Source: Octopus vulgaris
Taxonomy: Eukaryota
Assembly: GCA_951406725.2 (NCBI GenBank)
Contig: OX597826.1
Location: 27,528,001 to 27,592,000 of the forward strand
Length of the DNA: 64,000 nt
Direction of reading: 5' to 3'
The notes beneath the pieces were generated by a model. That model had not been told where the DNA came from. It worked only from the letters and a program-made list of their open reading frames with translations, and searched no databases. The position numbers and the translations under genes were made by a program. Shown here one piece after another: positions 57,216-64,000 of the stretch; positions within the stretch are counted from its first letter, which is position 1; each line of letters starts with the position of its first letter.

Positions 57216-57252
<37 letters not shown>

Positions 57253-57285
57253 CATGCACATATATAAAATACACATGCATATATA

Positions 57286-58563
57286 TTAGGTTATCCCATC
57301 AGTTCTGTCCGATCTCACCTTCTTCAAAATTGAATGAAATTTAATAGTATGTTAGAATGTCTAATGGAATTAAAAATTATTTTTATGCATTTGTGTACAT
57401 TTAGACTAATTAAATATCATTTTACTGAATAATAGAATTAAAATTTCTTCGATTAAAACCCTTTCTGACATGAAAGTATCCAAAGAGCATTTAAGGCGCA
57501 TAATGGTTTATGAGTACAAAAAAGGAAACTCTGCAGCCGAAGCGACTCGATATATACACACAGTTTATGGAAAAGAATGCTTGAATGAAGGAACTTCCAG
57601 AAGATTGTTTGCAAAATTCAGAAGTGGAGATTTCAGCCTTGAAGATGAAGATCGAACAGAACGTCCAGTTGAATATGATGATAAGCTCCTTGATGCATTA
57701 CTTGAAGAAAATCCTGCAATATCAGTTGAAGAATTGCAATAAAGCTTAGTTCAAACTATACAACTGTTCATCGTCATCTTCAACAACTTCGAAAGGTTCC
57801 TAAACTTGGGTAATAGGTGTCCCATGAATTGTCCGAAAGCAACCGCAAATTCCGAGTTGCCATCTGCTCTTCTCTCCATTGTTGCGAACTCATTTCGCCC
57901 TTTTTGAATAGACTTGTGACTGGTGACGAAAAATGGATCTTCTATCGAAATGTTAAACGTCGTATACAGTGGCTTGGTAAAAGGGAAAAAGCTCAACCAC
58001 AACCGAGAAGGGAACTTTATGGAAAAAATGTTCTCCTCTCCATCTGGTGAGATTGCAAAGGTGTAATTCACATTGAATTGTTACCACCTAATACAACAAT
58101 CAATGCTCAAGCCTGCTGTTAGAAATTAGAGCGTTTGAACCAATCTTTGAAGAAAAAAAGACCCGTTTTAGTGAATAGAAATGGAGTGATGTATCATCAG
58201 GACAATGCGCGACCCACACTGCAAAGATCACATCACAAAGCTTGGTTGGGAAAAAAATTCCTCATCCACCTAATTCTCCCGACTCTATTCCTTCACACTA
58301 TCATTTGTTTCGTAGTTTACAGAGTAATTTATAGGAAAATAACTTTCGCAAGCCAGGAGGAGGTCGAAACTGACATTTCAGTGTTCTTCGCTTTGAAACC
58401 CAAAGAGTTTTACATTGATGGGATTAAAAAGCTTGTAAATAGATGGATGGAAGTCACAGATAATCAGGGAAAGTACAGTAATGATTAAATTTCAATTAAA
58501 TATAATATTTGATCACTTGTTTACTGTATTCATAATTCGGACAGAACTTATGGGATGACCTGA
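57286..58563 (+). mobile_element. Full-length mariner (DD34D) transposon
   Basis: 27-bp TIRs ttaggttatcccatcagttctgtccga / tcggacagaacttatgggatgacctga (24/27 match), TA on both sides, length 1278 bp. Confidence 0.95.
57470..58488 (+). pseudogene. Mariner transposase pseudogene
   Basis: Three ORF pieces: HTH region (MKVSKEHLR...FRSGDFSLEDEDR), *VSHEL (WVPHEL), VTGDEKW, HQDNARP and PHPPNSPD..SHYHLFRSL; multiple stops and frameshifts. Confidence 0.93.
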
Positions 58564-58592
58564 TACACACACACACGCGCACACACACACAC

Positions 58593-58639
<47 letters not shown>

Positions 58640-59271
58640 CACGCATACACACACAAACAGGTAAATCTGACACGTGTACCTATATGCATATATATATATG
58701 TGTGTGTGTGTGCATATTTATATATGTATATATATTTATATATATATATATATGTATTTATGTATATATCAAACTCACGTGTAAATCGCCTTGTTCTTTG
58801 CATGTTTCATTTGCCGACAAAAAAAGCGCTCGCGCGATGGACTTGATAGGTTATAATGTATAAGCAAGAGGCACATGCTGGATTTGCCTTGTACTTATAT
58901 GTTTAATCTAGCCGTACCTGTTGATGAAGACTTCGCCTAACAAATCATTTTATTTGCTAAAAAAAAGTCTGAAATTATGGTCCATGAGATAGATGGTAGA
59001 TGTTTTTATTTTTCATTACCTTCGAGTTTTTATCCCTAATAGTGGTTTGTACTTTAGCTGTTGCTTCTAAGGTGAAAGGAATCCTATGACGGATACCTAT
59101 TATGTGTTTAAATGTACACTGTATTCATATGAATAATATATAGTCTATTAACTAATTTTTCAACACGCTAGGCCACAGGTAAAAAAAAATCAAAAATCTT
59201 TATTACCCTGATATTATTAACTATACACACACACACACACACACATATATATATCTATTTATTTATTTATT

Positions 59272-59481
59272 TAGGGAGAATTCACAAAAAAAGACCAAGA
59301 CAGGTGGTGTAGACAACAAACAGATGTATTAGTATCACTCTCAGGCAGTGTAAAAGTCTTTAACGTTTCGAGCCTACGATCTTCCACAGAAAGGAACACA
59401 GAAAGAAACAAGGAGAGAAAATAAAGAATGTGTAGTGGCTAGCGATCTATCATGGTGATAGATCGCTAGCCACTACACATT
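59272..59481 (-). mobile_element. Penelope-like terminal repeat (same family as 25535) with a 26-bp terminal hairpin
   Basis: Reverse complement of 54997-55172; 59427-59452 pairs perfectly with 59456-59481. Confidence 0.65.
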
Positions 59482-60209
59482 ATTTAGCGTAGATATTCTC
59501 TTTTTCACTGATCTCCAGCTGTGAATATATGCATGTATGTATGTATCTATGTATGATATGTATTTATAATGAGAAAGAGAGGACCAAGTGCATAGACAAA
59601 CAGCAAGATAATAAGAGACAGAGAAATTTGCACTGGTAGAAATAGCAGGACCAAAATTAAGAACGTATGAAAGCCTGCAATTCTTTCCCTGTTACGGGAA
59701 AAATTAGAATGTTTCATCAAGGAACATTTTTTCCGTAATGTAGATCGATAGAAGTCTGTATCCATGAATGAAAATAGTAATGCCATTGCTCGCTTAGACT
59801 TATACCACATCCATGTGTTACTGGAACCTGTATAAATATCGTCATTCGTCTCGTTTTTATATCTACTAATTGCTACCTACTACCAATTGTCTTAAAGTCT
59901 AAACATTAAGACACTGAAAATCTACACGCAATACGAAAAACATAAAAAGATCCAAAAGCATTCCTTATGATACACCAAATATTGCCAAAGAGATTTTTAT
60001 GTAAGCATAAACCTTTGTATATATGAATATAGATACACATTGCCGTAAGTATGACTCTGTGGTCAGAAAACATGCTTAGCAATCATGTTGTTGCGAGTCC
60101 AGGTCCACTGCTCGGCACATTGTGCAAGTGTATTTCACTTTAGCCCAGGGTCGACCACTAACTTGTGAAAGACGGGCTGTGGGTAGAAGCCTGCGGCGTA
60201 AGTTTCATG

Positions 60210-60254
<45 letters not shown>

Positions 60255-60255
60255 A

Positions 60256-60295
<40 letters not shown>

Positions 60296-60296
60296 C

Positions 60297-60365
<69 letters not shown>

Positions 60366-60483
60366 ATATATATATATATATGTAAATTTATATTAATAAG
60401 AATAAGATCATTATTTAAATACCGATCTTATCAGGTGTCCAGAATGGGAATAAAAACCTTCAACGGTAATAATTATTACTAAC

Positions 60484-60674
60484 TTATAATTTAAGGTATC
60501 TAAGAGATACCACCACACTGGAAATAGCAGCCAAATCTTGACTCTAAATCCACATTAAATGTTCATGCAAGTTTATTTTGTCTCTTTCTCTTCTCTCCTG
60601 GTGCTGTATGAACATTTAATGTGGTTTTAGAGTCAAGTTTTGGCTGCTATTTCCTTAGATACTTTAAATTATAA
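60484..60674. repeat. Imperfect inverted repeat (~70-bp paired)
   Basis: ggaaatagcagccaaatcttgactctaaatccacattaaatgttcat pairs with atgaacatttaatgtggttttagagtcaagttttggctgctatttcc; the outer 21 bp also pair. Confidence 0.85.
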
Positions 60675-60740
60675 TTTTAATAATATATATGTATATATAT
60701 ATTATATGATGTTATGTTCTAATATATTACAATATATTGT

Positions 60741-60789
<49 letters not shown>

Positions 60790-61179
60790 ATTATGTGAAT
60801 GTGTGTGTGTGTGCGCGCGCGCAGGCCTGTGTGTATTGGAAGGCTCGTATTAGTGTATGGAAATTTTTAAATGTTTATTGCAAACAGAAATGAAATACAT
60901 ACAAAAATCTCTGTAACCTTTTCATTCAATCAGATTAAATGTGTTATTTTGTTAATCTCATGCTCTGCGTGTATTTATTTTCCTTTTAACAAATATATTT
61001 ATATGTTTCATTGACAAATTTATAAATTATTAAATACGATTTGTGACAGAAATAAGTTCAGTATCGTAGCCCAACACATCGTGAGAATGTGTGAAAATAT
61101 ATGTGAGTGTGTGAGTGTGTGTGTGTGTGTGAATCTGTGTGTGTGCGTTGTGTTTGTGTGTGTATCTTTGTGGGCGAAT

Positions 61180-61307
61180 GTATGTATATGTATGTATAAA
61201 TATATGTGTAAATATATCTATCTGTATTTACGTATATATATATATATATACATATAGATATACCTAAAAATACATACAAATAGTTATATATATATATGTA
61301 CATATAT

Positions 61308-61340
<33 letters not shown>

Positions 61341-61599
61341 AATATATATATATACATATATATACATATATATATAGATATATATTTATATATATACATA
61401 TATATATACATATATATATACATACATATTTATATATATTAATATATACATATATATATATATATATAATGAGAAATTCATACAAAAGCGTTCCAGCATG
61501 GCCGCAGTCTAATGAATGTAAACAGTTAACAGAATAAATGAATAAAATAGTGAGTTCTATCAATAAAAATCTGTACATGTATATATATGTAAATATATA

Positions 61600-61655
<56 letters not shown>

Positions 61656-61662
61656 TATACAT

Positions 61663-61714
<52 letters not shown>

Positions 61715-61736
61715 CATATATGTGTATATATGTATG

Positions 61737-61771
<35 letters not shown>

Positions 61772-62060
61772 GTATATATATATATATGAATATGCATATA
61801 CATATAAAGATAATTAGAGGCATCCACATTTCATGGAAATATATAAATAACTGTGCTTGTGTATGTATGTGTATACACACATAAACACATACAAACAGAC
61901 ACACACATATATATATACACATACACCTATACACGCACAGCCTCACGGCCACACATGTGTATATGTCTATATATATATAGGTATATATATGCATATATGT
62001 ATCTATATACATGTATATATATATAAATATGTACATATGTATATCTGTATATATATATAT
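61180..62060. repeat. (TA)n-rich degenerate microsatellite field
   Basis: Directly visible; similar fields at 9120-9270, 35915-36155, 38733-38950, 56870-57285 and 62355-62580. Confidence 0.9.
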
Positions 62061-62362
62061 GTATATGTCTTATGGCGGATTTAGAGCAATGCATAAGCTG
62101 CAATCCTCCCTCATTCATTCGGCGCTTTTACTCAGTTGTATCTCTGTGAATTTTATGAATTACTAAGTGACGCCAGAAGCCATATGACAGGTTATTGTCA
62201 TGGAGGGCCAAAAGGCATGTAATTCTGAAATGACATAACTTAAAGTAAGAGAAGGCTCGTGATATAAAAAAGGGGTAAAAAATATATATTTAAACTCCTA
62301 AGCTGACAATCAACAAAGACTAGCCTTTTAACAGCTTCCCAATGCTAGTTCTAATACATATA

Positions 62363-62436
<74 letters not shown>

Positions 62437-62512
62437 TATATATATATATACATATATATATGTGTGTGTGTTTATGTACATATATATATGTGTGTATATA
62501 TATATATATATA

Positions 62513-62573
<61 letters not shown>

Positions 62574-63015
62574 AACACATACATACATACGTACATATAA
62601 CTATATTCAGAACGGGAATGAAGCATGGCTAAATATAAGTATGTTTTTCCACATAAATGCATATATGTATGTATGTATGTATGTATATATATGTTTGTGT
62701 TTGTGTGTGCGTGTGTGTGTGTGTGTGTGTGTTCTTATGTGTGTATAGTGGGGCTGTAAACGTGCAGGTATTTAAACAAGTACGATTGCTATAAAAATTT
62801 ATCTATATATTTAGTGAGAATATAAGCAGATGGTTTTATATAAATACATGTAAATCTATTTGCATAAACGTTGAAATCTGTATAAAACATTCATACATGT
62901 TACCGCACGCACGTACTCACCCACATAGACAGACACTCCCACAGACACATCAATATATTTATATATACGCATGTCTGCACACATATATATAGATGTACGT
63001 ATATCTATCTATATA

Positions 63016-63068
<53 letters not shown>

Positions 63069-63096
63069 ATAGATATATATGTATATATGTATGTAT

Positions 63097-63131
<35 letters not shown>

Positions 63132-63484
63132 TGTCTACCTATGTATACATATGGTTGCTAAATTTATATATCTATCTCTCTCTCTATATATATATATATT
63201 TACTAATTTGTATATATATATATATATGTCTACCTATGTTTGCTAAATTTATATATCTATCAATCTATCTGTATATATATATATATATATATATCACAAT
63301 CAAGGAACGGCCATAATAGGCCATTCACCCACTAGAAATAACAGCCAAAAGCTTTAACCGCAAAATAACATCAATTCCGTAAACCAGGAGAAAATTAAAA
63401 AACATTTACCCTGTAAAAGAATTCTACAAAATTTTTTTGGCAAAAGAATTCTACAAAATTTTTTTTTTTGCCACCCTATATTGA

Positions 63485-63525
<41 letters not shown>

Positions 63526-64000
63526 GTGTGTTATGCAAACACACTCAAACACACATACACATATATGCATATATACATTTATACATATGCATATATAGAT
63601 AAATATATGCATACATACGTATCTATATATATACATATATAGATATGCATATACAATAGGTAGATATATATATATGTATGTATATGTGTGTTACATGTAT
63701 GTATTTTCATTTATACAGAAGCACATATACTCATATATATATATATATAGATATCCATACATAAGTGACACATGCATCTATAGATGTAAAGGAATGCATG
63801 TGTACAGAGTATCGTAAAATAAAATACGGAAGCTCAAACGTGCATACAAGGGAAAACCAGTAAACGGATATATGTCTGTTAGTGTACATTTATTTCTATC
63901 GAGCAGCAAGCTTAACATTCTGATAATCCTATTAAGATAATCGGATTAATTATAGCTTGCTTTTAACAAATTTTTAAGATTTCTAGAAAATGGCGCTGTG

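Overview
AT-rich eukaryotic, almost entirely non-coding DNA (intronic or intergenic), dense in microsatellites and decayed transposable elements. The SINE families and repeat landscape suggest an octopod cephalopod (Octopus sp.); this is an inference. I found no intact host protein-coding gene, and nearly all ORFs in the track are translated simple repeats. Recognisable elements are: a full-length but disabled mariner with TIRs (57286-58563); three further mariner remnants or MITEs; a DD37D-like transposase fragment; a 2.6-kb 5'-truncated CR1-like LINE; RTE, R4/Dong-type and possible L1/Tx1-type LINE remnants; non-autonomous Helitron-like elements; and many copies of three tRNA-derived SINE families. 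The most interesting signal is a set of type I hammerhead-ribozyme-like motifs (CUGANGA-stem II-GAAA-stem III-GUA-stem I) inside Penelope-like terminal-repeat fragments. The best examples are at 21338-21388(-), at 20883-20962(+) with a mirror copy in a 254-bp-arm palindrome, and at 27637-27689(+). The window also has at least seven long foldback inverted repeats. All folds and alignments were done by eye and need computational and experimental confirmation.
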